Positions 1 to 11,920 of a stretch of DNA of 64,000 nucleotides are shown piece after piece. The position numbers were made by a program, and so were the translations under genes. The DNA comes from Chiloscyllium plagiosum. Lineage: Eukaryota. The stretch spans positions 82,923,237 to 82,987,236 of the forward strand of contig NC_057711.1 in the NCBI RefSeq assembly GCF_004010195.1, given 5' to 3'. Below the pieces are notes generated by a model. The model ran no database searches and was not told the DNA's origin. It was given only the letters and a program-made list of their open reading frames with translations. Position 1 is the stretch's first letter. Each line of letters begins with the position of its first letter.

Positions 1-205
1 AGCTAGTTGCCTGGAAATGACAAAATAGATTCAAATTAGGCCAATCAGTTTAAATTATATCCCGAAAATACCGAATTCCAATCAAGTTTGAATTAAATAT
101 TTTGACAATCTTAAAAGCTTTGGGAGTATAAGACCGGGGAAAATTGAACAGTTGAGAGGACAATTGTCCAGCTACCAGCATGTAAATAGACTGCCTGAAA
201 AATAG

Positions 206-775
206 GAGAAAGTGAGGTCTGCAGATGCTGGGGATCAGAGCAGATGCTGGGGATCAGGAACACCTCTGGGACACCCGGACCAACCAACCCAACCACCCTG
301 TGGCTCAACACTTTAACTCCCCCTCCCACTCCACCAAGGATATGCAGGTCTTTGGACTCCTCCATCGCCAGACCACAACAACATGACGGTTGGAGGAAGA
401 GCGCCTCATCTTCCGCCTTGGAACCCTCCAACCACAAGGGATGAACTCGGATTTCACCAGTTTCCTCATTTACCCTCCCCCCACCTTGTCTCAGTCAAAT
501 CCATCGAATTCAGCACCGCCTTTCTAACCTGCAATCTTCTTTCTGACCTCTCCGCCCCCACCCCAGTCTGACCTATCACCCTCACCTTGACCGCTTTCCA
601 CCTATCACATTTCCGACACCCCTCCCCCAAGTCCCTCCTCCCTACCTTTTATCTTAGCCTGCTGGACAAACTTTCCTCATTCCTGAAGAAGGGCTTATGC
701 CCGAAACGTCGATTCTCCTGTTCCCTGGATGCTGCCTGACCTGCTGCGCTTTTCCAGCAACACATTTTCAGCTCG
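206..775 (+). mobile_element. 5'-truncated Penelope-like element (GIY-YIG C-terminus, 3' region, inverted terminal piece)
   Basis: Exact 14-bp TSD TGCCTGAAAAATAG (192-205 / 776-789). Translation EHLWDTRTNQPNHPVAQHFNSPSHS...LEEERLIFRLGTLQPQGMN is the PLE endonuclease C-terminus. Inverted terminal piece at 206-257. Confidence 0.9.
683..710 (+). ncRNA. Minimal hammerhead ribozyme core in the PLE terminal repeat
   Basis: CTGAAGA-a-GGGC-TTAT-GCCC-GAAA-CGTC: CUGANGA box, stem II, GAAA box, palindromic ACGT and GUC cleavage triplet. Minimal hammerheads are an established feature of PLE pseudo-LTRs. Confidence 0.7.
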
Positions 776-793
776 TGCCTGAAAAATAGCTCT

Positions 794-915
794 GGTAAGA
801 ACAATGACTGCGGATGCTGGAAACAAGATTCTGGATTAGTGGTGCTGGAAGAGCACAGCAGTTCAGGCAGCATCCAAGGAGCAGCGAAATCAGCGTTTCG
901 GGCTTCATCAGGAAT
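794..915 (-). mobile_element. Short Penelope terminal-repeat fragment (second subfamily)
   Basis: GATTCTGGATTAGTGGTGCTGGAAGAGCACAGCAGTTCAGGCAGC matches the terminus of the PLE at 34281. Confidence 0.75.
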
Positions 916-2119
916 AACCGTTATAGAGCAATAACCTGTCAAGCAGAAATCCCTGAGAAGAAGGAAAGAAGCCGAATTTCATAGGAAACGAAGGCTGCCT
1001 GGTTTTGAGATAAGAAGTTTTGTTTTGTAAATCTTAATTGGGAGCTTTAGTGGACTAGTATTGTGGAAGCGGAAGGTAAATGATAGGTTAGAGGACAAAG
1101 TTGTAAATACTTGTTAGTTAATTATTCTCTTATATACTTTACGAAATAAAGTTGTTAATTTTTACTTTAAATAATTCTTGGCCTGTTAAAATTCACAGAT
1201 TACTGCACAAGATAAATCTTTTTTGTGTTGCTGGTTTTAAATTAAACAGGAGAGCTTACCCTGTTTTAACACTGTACAGCTCTATGACTATGAAATATTT
1301 AAAGAGTGGTTCACAGGGAACTCAAAAATGGTAGCCTGCAGGTATGGCAAGGAGGTAGGATTTTATTCTTCTAAAAAAAGGATCAGGAAAGATCAAAATG
1401 GAAAAAAAAATCAATAAAGCAGACTTATTGAATTGATGTGGGATGTTGCTGCTAGAATTCTCTGTGTACATTAGCACTCATCTTATCACAGCTGAATATT
1501 GTGCATCTATGTGACAGAGGTCAACAAAAAAGCAAAGGCTATCTTATGGACCCACAATTGAATGCAATAGTGCACATCATTACCGGAATCTTCCACTCAA
1601 CACCCCTTCTATCACTTCCTGTCCTCAGAAACACCTGCAAATGAACAAAGAAATTCCAAAAACTGGTTAATACCATTTGTGCTGCTCATAATTTACCATT
1701 CTAAGATGTTGTATTCAACAAACCCATATCCTGTCTTCCCCATCTTGATATCCAATGTAGAACAATCTTCTTAAGAAAGTTTTACCAGCTGACATCGTTT
1801 GGATTAAGGAGTGAGAAACACAGGAAGTCACAAAGTAAGTTCCTTGTAACAAACACCATCTGTTGAATTAAATGTTTTGAACATCATGGTAAGAGTGATC
1901 TTTTTTTAAACACCTTCAGGAGGTGCCAGGTGCCTGAACAGTCAACTTCCACAGTTGGGTGCCTCAGTACAAATTCCTTGTGCACTTATGGAGAGACACA
2001 AACAATGTTGCACTTTATTGAGGTTTCTGTTGTACAGATTAAATGGCAGATTAAATACCTTAAACTCACCATGTGAGGGTGTTATCACTTTGTTCTGGGG
2101 ATTTTCATTTGCTAAGTAA

Positions 2120-2370
2120 TTAAAATCTAGGACTGGAATGAGGAAATACTTTTAACCTGAAGGTTATGACTTTTTAGAATTTTGTACTGTAGAGGGTTTT
2201 CAATGCTTTGTCATTGAGAATATAAGACTGAGATTCATACATTTTTGTTCTCTCAAAAAATTAAGGAATATGGAGAGTAGGCAGGAATGTGCAGTTTAAG
2301 GGGAATGATCAACCAAGATTGTATTGAATGTGATACAGGACCGAGGTGTGCAATGGTCTACTTATATTTC
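2120..2370 (+). mobile_element. Old CR1 LINE 3' end
   Basis: Degenerate match to the CR1 ORF2 C-terminus and 3'UTR also seen at 36000-36240 and 51660-51740. Confidence 0.55.
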
Positions 2371-3865
2371 TTCTTTGGTCCTTACTTACTTCCTGACTTA
2401 AAATTTATTGTCTGTAGTTTTGTTAAACACGTGACTCCAATGTCAGCTTTTAATCAACACTGGCTAACACTTCTCCCCTGCTAACCAACTCCCCAAGAAT
2501 GGAGTTCACACCAACCTGACCAGGCAATTCCCTCTGCTGAGATCAAATTAATTGGGTTGTTGTAGCAGCATGATTGTGATAATTTGCTCGAATGTAAAGT
2601 TATCTTTAATTCTATGCAGAATTCTCATTCAGATGTCCAGGTTAAAAAGACATTATTCAAGAATATCTTGTGCAACACTTAATCTTCAATTAGCAGCAAT
2701 ATTATTTTTATTATATCAAAAATGAAATATCTTTTGGATGGAAAATAAAACAAAGAAAATTCTTTTCATAGAATGTCGTTTTATTATATTAACGGGCATT
2801 GTTGGAAATGAATGACACACACAGGGTTATGATTTCAACCTGGCCAGGTGGGTGAATTTCTGTGTGGAGAGCACTTGAAAATACTGGCGTGTTGGGAAGC
2901 TGACAGTAACTTGCCAACTGCTACATTTATCCCGGGTGTTCTTAAACATATACCAGGTGACAGGCTAGTTCATTCTTTAAGTTTGCAAAGTGAGAATTGG
3001 CTGCTATTTTACTCCAGCATTCTGACTTCTAATTCTACTTGGGAAATTCGTGTGCACATTCTGGAACTCAACAGAAGATTCTAAAAGACGAAAGCTCTCT
3101 CTTAAAAAAATTACAGTGAAGAGTGATGGGAGTAAAATAGGTAAGGGGGGGATAATGGTGCATGTGGTTTTGGTGGCTTGCAACATTTGAGGAGTATTGT
3201 GTGCTTCAGTTTTTAAGAATCTGAAATTTAATCACCAATTATTATTTTACAATGCCAATAGTGTGTATTTCTAGGAAATCAGGGTCAGTGAAGTTATTTC
3301 ACATGGAGATGGTGCCCTTTATAAACCATCTTCTATCAAAGTTGAAATCTTAGCAACTGTAGCTGCCAGACCTGCTGGATCAAAGTTACACCACTGAGAA
3401 GGAACCTTCAGAGGGTACAGCCTCACATTCTTGAATAGTATTCAGCATAAGTGCGGATACATACATCTTGGTGGATACTTGTGATTTGGTGGAAAGGAAG
3501 CCATAAGCTGACAAGAGCACAGCAGTCACCAGATCAGCTATCATACACAGATAATGTGTTTCTCTCACACTGTGCTGGACACCAATTTTTCAAAAGATCA
3601 CAACAACAGACAGGACTTCTGCATTGAACATGAGACCCTTCCAACACAAGGGCCTTTACAAACTCTAGTGAACAGGTGACAACAGTTATTCCAAACAAAG
3701 GAACAGGCAGAACAGCAACCTGCCTCAGGACAGCAGGCAGTAAGGTCAGAAACATGAAATGTCACCCATAGACTTTTAAGAAAACAGTAATTACACTTAG
3801 GTTCACAAAGGTGAAAGTTTTTTTCTGTTTACTAATATTTTGTTTATATTGTGATGTATTATGGA

Positions 3866-4955
3866 TGTACGTTTGCTCGTGGAGCTGGAAGGTTCGTTTT
3901 CAGATGTTTAATCACCATACTAGGTAACTTCATCAGTGAGTTTCCATTGGAGGGCTGGTGTTATGTCCCACTTTCTATTTACGTGTTTAGGTTTCCTTGG
4001 ATTGGTGATGTCATTTCCTGTGTTGGTGATGTTATTTAGCGGATGGTAGATGGGGTCAAGTCGATGTGTTTGTTGATAGAGTTTCAGTTGGAATGCCATG
4101 CTTCTCAGAATTCTTGTGTGTGTCTCTGTTTGGCTTGTACTCGTCAAAGTGGTGTCCTTCTTCACCTGTATGTAAGGATACTAGTGATAGTGAATCATGT
4201 CTTTTTGTGGCTAGTTGATGTTCATGTATTCTGTTGGCTAGTTTTCTGCCTGTTTGTCCAATGTAGTGTTTGTGACAGTTCATTTTGCTTGTCGACTGTA
4301 TAGGGTCTTGTAAGTTGCTGTCTTAGTGTGTTGGCGGGTTTGTGGGCTAAAAAGGTAAAAACAATGATTGTGGGCTACCATGATGCTAAGAGGTCTGAGT
4401 AGTCTGGCAGTTATTTCTGAGATGTATTTGGTGTAGGGGAGAGTGGCTAGGATTTCTAGGTGCGTTTTGTTTGCTTGTTTGGGGTTGTTGCTGAGAATTG
4501 GTGGACTGTGTTCATTTTGAATATGCTGTATAGGTGATTTTCCTTTGCTCTTCGAGGTTCTTCTGTGCTTCAGTGTGCAATGGCTCGTTGAAATAATGTT
4601 CTATTGCAGCTTCGTTTCTGGGTGTTGGGATGATTGCTTCTGTAGTTCAGTATTTGGTCTGTATGTGTTGTTTTCCTGTAGACGCTGGTTTGAAGTTCTC
4701 CATTGACTATTCACTCTACTGTGACATCTAGGACTAGCAGTTTGTTGTTGTTTTCCTCCTGTTTTGTGAATTTTTATGCCAGTAAGGATATTATTCATGG
4801 TCTTGAAGGTTTCCTCTAATTTGTTTTGTTTAGTGATGACAAAGGTGTCATCCACGTAGTGGACCCAAAGTTTGGATTGGATGCTTGGCAGAGCCATTTG
4901 TTTGAGTCTCTGCAATTCTGCCTCTGCCAAGAACCCTGATATTGGAGATCCCATG
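3866..4955 (-). mobile_element. Penelope-like element (RT C-half and GIY-YIG endonuclease), pseudogenised
   Basis: ORF 4601-4954 MGSPISGFLAE...WVHYVDDTFVI contains the RT motifs. ORF 4056-4283 YIGQTGRKLANRIHEH is GIY-YIG. A degenerate hammerhead (CTGATGA...stem) lies at ~3900-3937 on the minus strand. Confidence 0.9.
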
Positions 4956-5679
4956 TATTGTATTATATTGTAAATGCTTATTGTGTGGTCTTGCTACTCT
5001 AGCTTCATTTCTATTTCACGTGTGTGGTGTCCTGGTTTAGATTTTGACTCAGTGACAGCTGAAATAACACCATTGGCACATCCTCAGCTGTCCCGGGTGA
5101 TATATGGGAAAACCAAAAAGAAGGGAGTATAATAAAGATATTATAATTGAGTGATCTAAATACTACAAGATAAATTTTCACATAGTAAAAGACTTCAGTA
5201 CTTATATGGCATCCAAAGCCTCCACTGCATTGCTTCCACAGCTGCCTGGCACAGCTCACTCTCTTCATCGTCAGACTCAGCCTAAGACCATCCAAAGATT
5301 CAGGTGTATAGAACACCCCTGGCATCTGGAAGTACCTGAGCATGTAGGAATCATGATTGCTTTCAGAAGAGAGGACAAACACTTATGTAATCCTTGGTCA
5401 ATGCCCATAGCAAGTTGGGCATCGATTGAATGGAAGCCATTTCTGTTGATAAAGTTGGTTGGCTGTTGAATATTGTTGTAATAACTCCATGGGTACAATC
5501 TATGATCATTTGCACTTTGGAGAATCTAGCAATCTTGCAAAGCATTGGCGATTCTGCATCATGCTGAATTTTCTTCTAAATCCAAGTAGGAATAGCAGTC
5601 TCAAAGTAAAATCCATACCTTGGAGGTTTTCGGCTTTATTCTGCACAATTCAACTGTTAGCTGACACTAAAGGCATTCC

Positions 5680-7355
5680 AAAATTATTCAGTAATCAAGG
5701 GACAAAAGGAGGAGAGGAAACAAATATGAGCACTATCACTAGAAAAATAAGTACAAGAATCTAATTGGTTAAAGACCATTAAGTCTCCTGGACCTGATGG
5801 GATGTGTCTTAGCATATTAAAAGCTAGCTGCAAATGCAGTAGATGCACTGGTAGTTTTCTTTCAGTATCCTCAGAATCTATAAAAAGTTCCACAGGATTG
5901 AAAAATGCCAATATAATGCTTTATTTAAAAAGTTAAGGGGATAAAAACGGCCAATTAGTTTAATGACTGCTTTTGGGAAAATATTAGAGTCTACTATAAA
6001 GAATGTAATAGAGCATTTGAAAATACATAACATAAGCAAGCAGAGTCAGTATGATAAATGACAAACACCTATCAACTTTACTAGAATTTTTTGAGGAGAT
6101 AGTAAGCAGGATAGATAAAATGGAAGCAGCGGATGTAATATGTTTGGATTTTCAGGAGGCTTTTGAAATGCTATCACATATTACACTATTTAATAAGATA
6201 AGAGGCCATGGTGTTGGATATGAAATATTAGCATGAATAGAGGATTGGCTAACAAACAAAAAACAGAGTTGGGATAAGGGCAGAATATTCAGGATGGCAA
6301 ATTATAGCTAGTGGAGCATCACAGAGATCACAGCTCGCACCACAACTATTTACAATATGTAAAGGTAAGTTTGCCACAGTCCCACCAGATTATAGAGTTG
6401 CTCTCTCATTAGAGAGGGACAACTGGTGGTGGTTTAACCTAAGGGTAACCATGCCTCTGGTGAGGGGAGAGGTCAAGAAAGAGAATCCTTCTTGATAACT
6501 TCAGTTAGTGTGTTGAGGATTGGTTAGTTCAGTTGGCTGAACAGCTAGTTTCCAATGCAGCGTGATGCCATCCATTGAGGTAATCATGAATGACTTCCCT
6601 TTTCAACCTCTTCCCTTACCTGAGGTATGGTGGCCCTCAGTTTAAACAGCTATTACCTCTAAAGGCTGTTCTGTCATTAGAGAGCGATTACGTTCTGGTA
6701 TGACTTTTAATGACATGGATAAGGAACATGCATGTACAGTGACCAGATTTGCGGATGGTAGAAAATTACTCAGGGAGGCATGTGGCGAAGCTGATACTAA
6801 AAATCTGGAGAGGGAAATAAATAAGTTAAATGAGTTTAAAAAAACTTGGCAGATGGAATATATTTGGGAGAATGTGAAATTATGCATATTGCCCAGAAGA
6901 ATATTATATACAGACAGTTAATAGTGTAGAAAGCTACAGAACAGAGGGAGTTGGGGCTTTTTGTGCACGCATCACAAAAATGCCAGCATTTCAGTTCATT
7001 GAGTAATAGCAAAGGTAAATGGAGTGTTGGCCTTTATTTCAAAGGGAATGGAGTAGGGAGGTTTTTCTAAAACTGCAAGGCACTAGTCAGGTCACAGTTG
7101 GAATACTGTGACCAGTTTTTGGCCCTTTAACTGAGGAAAAATATTCTATTATTGTGGAGGTAGTCCCGAGAAGGTTTACTAGGCTGATCCTGGGTATGGA
7201 AGAACTGTCTTATGAACAAAGAGCCTGTACAGATTCAAGTTTAGAAAAATGAACTATGACCTTATTGAAACATAGAAGATTCTTATTGCTTGTTATTTCC
7301 TCTTGTGGGAGAGTCTAGGACTAAAGAAGGCACAAATTCAGAGTAAGAAGTCACC
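5680..7355 (+). mobile_element. Degenerate CR1 LINE ORF2 (RT)
   Basis: KSPGPDG, LLEFFEEI...DVICLDFQEAF and TRFADG motifs in the ORF track; many stops and frameshifts. Confidence 0.85.
6361..6705. mobile_element. Divergent pair of tRNA-derived SINE copies inside the CR1
   Basis: 6361-6505 is the reverse complement of the SINE 3' half; 6517-6705 is a + strand copy with a tRNA-like head. The same family occurs at 54973-55200. Confidence 0.6.
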
Positions 7356-7359
7356 CTCT

Positions 7360-10300
7360 ACTACCACCTTCTGTTTTCTATGGGCCAGCTAATTCTGTAT
7401 TCAGACAGCCAATTTTCCCAGTATAGTGTGATGCTGGAAAAGCACAGCAGGTCAGGCAGCATCCAAGGAGCAGGAAAATCGATGTTTCGGGCAAAAGCCC
7501 TTACTGATGAAGGGCTTTTGCCCGAAACGTTGATTTTCCTGCGCCGTGGATGCTGCCTGACCTGCTGTGCTTTTCCAGCACCACTCTAATCTAAAATCTG
7601 ATTTCCAGCATCTGCAGTCCTCACTTTTGCCTAACTTTCCCAGTATCCCATGCCTCCTTACTTTCTGAATAAGTCTACCTTGGGGAACCTTATCAAACAC
7701 CTTGCTGAAATCCAAATACACCACATCCACTGCTCTACCTTCATCAAATGGTTTTGTCACATCCTCAAAAAATTCAGTAAGTCTTGTGAGGCATAACCTG
7801 CCCCTCATAAAGCAATGCTGACTATCTCTCATCAAACTATGCTTTTCCAAGTAATCATAAATCTCTTAGAATCCTTTTCAATAATTTTCCACCATCAATG
7901 TAGGACTGACTGGTCTATAATTCCCAGGGTTATAATTCCCTTTCTTGAACAAGGGAATAACATTAGCCACTCTCCAATGCAAAGATCATCACCAAAGGTG
8001 CCACAATCTCTTCCCTCACTTCTCATAGAAACCTTGGGTATAGCCCGTCTGGCCTAGGGGATTTATCTGTCCTCATGTTTTTCAAAATTTTCAGCACATC
8101 TTCCTCCTTAATTTCAACTGTTCGAGCATATAACCTGTTTCACACAGTCTTCACAAACGACAAGATTGCTCTGATTAGTGAATACTGAAGCAAAGTATTC
8201 ATTAAGGACTTCCCTTATCTCTTCCAACTCCAGGCACAAATTCCGTCCAGTATCTCTGAATGGCCCCACCTTCACTCTGGCCATCCTCATGTTCTTCATA
8301 TAAGTGTAGAATGCCTTGGGGTTTTCCTTAATCCTACCCCTCCCAAGGCTTTTTCATGCCTCCTTCTAGTGCTCCTTAGTCCATTCTTTAGTTCCTTCCT
8401 GGCTACCTTGTAACCCTTGAGAGCCCTGTCTGATCCTTGCTTCCTCATCCTTAAGTAAGTTTCCTTCTTCCTCTTGACTAGATGTTTCACGTCTCTTGTC
8501 ATCCAAAGTTCTTTCCCCCTACCATCCCTTCCTTGCCTCAGTGGGACAAACCTATCCAACAAGTGCTTCCTAAACAACCTCCACATTTCTGTTGTGCATT
8601 TCCCTGAGAACATCTGTTCCCAATTTATGGTCCACAGTTCTTGCCTAATAGCATTGTAAATCCCCCTCCCCCAATTAAATATTTTTCCATACTGTCTTCT
8701 TCTATCCCTCTCCATGACTATAGTAAAGGTCAGGGAGTTGTGACCACTATCACCAAAATGCTCTCCCACCAAGAGATCTGACACCCGACTTAGTTTGTTG
8801 CCAAGCACCAAATCCAAATGGCATCCCCTCTAGTTGGCCTATCTATGTATTGAGTCAGGATCCTTCCTGGACACACCTGACAATATCTGCTCCTTCCAAA
8901 CTACTTGAACTAAGGAGGTTCCAATAGTTGAAGTCACCCATGACAACAGCACTGTTACATTGCACCTTTCCAAAATCTGCCTCCCAATCTGCTCCTCTGT
9001 GTCTCTGTTGATTTTGGCGGATCTATAGAAAACTCCCAATAAAGTGACTGCTTCTTTCCTGTTTCCGACTTCTACCCACACTGACTTAGTAGACAAACCC
9101 TCCTTGACAACCTCCGTTTCTGCAGTATCCCTTATTAGCAATGCCACTCTCCCATCTTTTTTTTAACCTCCTCTTCCCCCACCTTCCTTTTGAAACATCT
9201 AAACGCCGGAACATCCAACAACCATTCCTGCCCCAGTGATATTCAAGTCTCCTTAATGGCCACAACATCATAGTTCCAAGTATTTATCCATGCTCATCCA
9301 AGTTCATCACCCTTATTTCTGACATTTCTGGTGTTAAAATAGACAGACTTCAACCCATCACAATGACTGCAATTATGCTCTATCATCTGTCTATCTTTCC
9401 TCACAGACTCTCTGCGTGCTGTATCTACCTGTTCACCAGCTAGCCCATCCTCTGATTTGTAGCTCTGATTCCGAACCCCTTGCCAAACTAGTTTAAACAC
9501 TCCCAAAGAGCTCTTGCAAAGCTCCCGTCCAGGATTTTGGTACCCCTTCAGTTCAGGTGCAACCCGTCCTCCTTGTACAGGTCCCACCTTCCTCAGAAGG
9601 TATTCCAAGGATCCACATTTCTGAAGCTCTCTCTCTTACACCAATTCTGCAGCCACGTGTTCAGCTGCACTCACTCTCTGTTCCGAACCTCATTAGCCCG
9701 TTGCACTGGTAGCAATCCTGAGATTACTACTCTGCTCGTCCTGCTTTTTAGCTTCCAACCTAACTCCCTATATTCACTTTTCAGGTCCTCATCCCTTTTC
9801 CTTGCTATGTTATTGGTACCGATGTGTGCCATGACTTCTGTCTGCCAACTCTCTCTCGTAAGAATCCTTAGACTCGATCTGAGACATCCCTGGCCCTGGC
9901 ACCCAGGAGGCACCATGCCATCTGGGATCCTCAATCATGCCCACAGAATCTCCTGTCTGTTCCTCTCACGATTGAATCTCCTATCACTGTCCTCCCTTCT
10001 GTTCTGATCACAGAGCCTGGCTCATTGCCAGAGACCTGGCCACTGTGGCTTTCCCCTGGTAGGTTCCCCCCCCCAACGCTATCGAAAGTGGTATACTTAT
10101 TACTGAGGGGAATGGCCACAGGAGATCCCTGCACTGTTTGCCTATTCTTTTTCCCTCTCCTAATGCTACCTTTATCCTGTAACTTAAGTGTGACGACCTC
10201 CCTATAACTCCTCTCTATCACCCCCTCAGCGTCCCAAATGATCCGAAGTTCATTCAGTTCCAGCTCAAGTTCCCTAACCCAGTCTGTGAGGAGCTGGAGC

Positions 10301-10620
10301 TGGAGTTGGCTGCACTTCTTGCGGGTGAAGTCAGCAAGGACACTAGTGGTGACCCTTACCTTCCAATTCCTGCAAGAGGAGCATGCAACTCCTATCCCCT
10401 CTGCTCTCAGTTGCCAAAAGAGAAAGAAATCCTTACCTTACCAAACCTTAACACAGAGTCTTTTGTTTTGGTTAGAGGATGACAGGTGGGAGACACTACT
10501 CATGTAGTATTTCAGGTTTAGCCACTGCCCGAATATATTAGTTCACTTACCCAGCAGTCCCCGTGTCTGCTTCCCCTCCTGTTCAGCCTTTGCTCCGCCA
10601 ATTCACGAGGTAAGTGTTTT
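7360..10620 (-). mobile_element. CR1 (HER1-like) LINE: ORF1 SGNH-esterase and ORF2 APE/RT 5' half, 3'-truncated
   Basis: ORF1 motifs VIGDSIVRGTDRRFCG and HIGTNNIARKR. ORF2 motifs DLVLGN...EHFGDSGHN and LTEFFEDVT...VDVVYLDFSKVFDKVP. Confidence 0.93.
7425..7632. mobile_element. 208-bp fold-back mini-Penelope (inverted terminal repeats with a hammerhead core)
   Basis: ~76-bp inverted arms (7425-7502 / 7510-7585). CTGATGA-a-GGGC-TTTT-GCCC-GAAACG at 7504-7529. 14-bp TSD AA(T/C)TTTCCCAGTAT (7411-7424 / 7633-7646). Confidence 0.88.
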
Positions 10621-10689
10621 ATATTCAAATTTACCTTCCCGGCTGCCCCTAGGCTCACGCTGTCTTGACTCCCGCGGCTGAAACTGGAC

Positions 10690-10985
10690 TATCACTGGAC
10701 TAATGATTTGGAGGCCCACATTGAGGACATGAGTGCAAATCTCACCATGGCAGAATTGGAATTCAGTAATGAACAAAACCCTCTGGCATTGTAAAACCAA
10801 TCTGTTTCATTTATGGCCTTTAAAAGGTGGAAATCTATTGTTCTTGCTGAGTAAGTTCAACATCTGACTCCAGGCCCACAGCAATTTGGTTGATTCTTAA
10901 CTACCATCTGCAGTAGTCTGGGAAACCAATCAGTACAAGGAATGGGCAACAAATGGTAGCCTTGCAAATTACACAATAAATAGCT
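10690..10985 (+). mobile_element. Degenerate SINE related to the 5' end and 3' tail of LINE family B
   Basis: Body AAAACCAATCTGTTTCATTTATGGCCTTTA resembles 37050-37085. Tail GGGCAACAAATGGTAGCC resembles the LINE-B 3' ends at 45390-45420 and 55680-55720. Confidence 0.55.
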
Positions 10986-11689
10986 TCATACCTAGTTGAG
11001 TGTTGCCCTGGACAAGCTGATTCTAGTAAATTTGAATTAATGTGAGACAGTGCAACCATCTGGTGCACCAATTCTGAACCCACTGAAATGTCTCCATCCC
11101 ACATATCCATCCCCCATGCAATTCCTTGAAACAATTCAACAAGCAACAATTCATCCCTCTCAATCTTAATCATTTCTAGTCTTTCACACTTATGTAACCA
11201 TTCTTTTCATGACAAAGACCTGTGGAGCAGATCGCAGATAAAAATAAAAAGGTTGGGACAATGGAGCTTTGAAACACATTAAACTGAAGTGTAGCAATCT
11301 AAGTGCTAATCACCCATCAGTAACCTTGTGCAACTACAGTCTATTACCTACATTTTATTGTGACTATGTCATGCAAATCATGTGGCTTTAGCAAAACTGC
11401 AAAAAAGGTTATTTGCTCTCATGTTCTGAATGTTTAATATTCTTGTTTGTTCTTCTCTGTGCTTTAGAACTCACAAGGGCCTAGTCAAAGACCACCACAT
11501 CTTGGTCTGTGCAGGCATTTGATAGGAAGTAGTGTTGGGGCATTACTGAGCAGGATGAGAAAAATATGGGAAGAGTGGCAATGCTTTGAGCAGAGTCTCC
11601 AATCTGTACATCCTTTCTGCATCTTTCCTTTCATGGGCTACTCATATTTTGCTGCTAGGTAAAGCCGGAGAGCACAATTCTGTAGCTCA

Positions 11690-11920
11690 GCAAGATACTA
11701 GATAGCCAAAAATGATGAGGGGGGAAGATAGCTTGGAAGGTGATAGGCAGATGCAGGTTGGGATGATAGTAATAGGTCAGAGAAGAGGGTGAAGCAGATA
11801 GTTGGGAAGTAAGATGGACAGGTAGGAAGTTCAAGAGGGCAGTGCCGTGTTGGCAGGTTAGAATTGGGATGAGGTGCAGGAGAGGGGAAATTAGGAAACT
11901 AGTGAAGTAGATGGAACATG
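11690..11920 (-). mobile_element. Degenerate Penelope 3' region
   Basis: Purine-rich GGAAGGTGATAGG...GGGGAAATTAGGAAACTAGTGAAGT, the reverse complement of the PLE 3' region at 440-660. Confidence 0.55.

Larger units (their letters stand above)
1..1271 (+). mobile_element. Probable solo LTR (5' end outside the window), interrupted by two Penelope insertions
   Basis: CCAAT boxes (~41, ~78), TATA-like GTATAA (126-131), AATAAA (1145-1150) and an end in ...TTTTAACA (1271). The sequence resumes across the PLE TSD. No internal genes follow. Confidence 0.45.

Noticed and set aside
3275..3780. Possible exon or Harbinger Myb/SANT remnant
   Set aside because: Multiple stops and too degenerate to support by eye.
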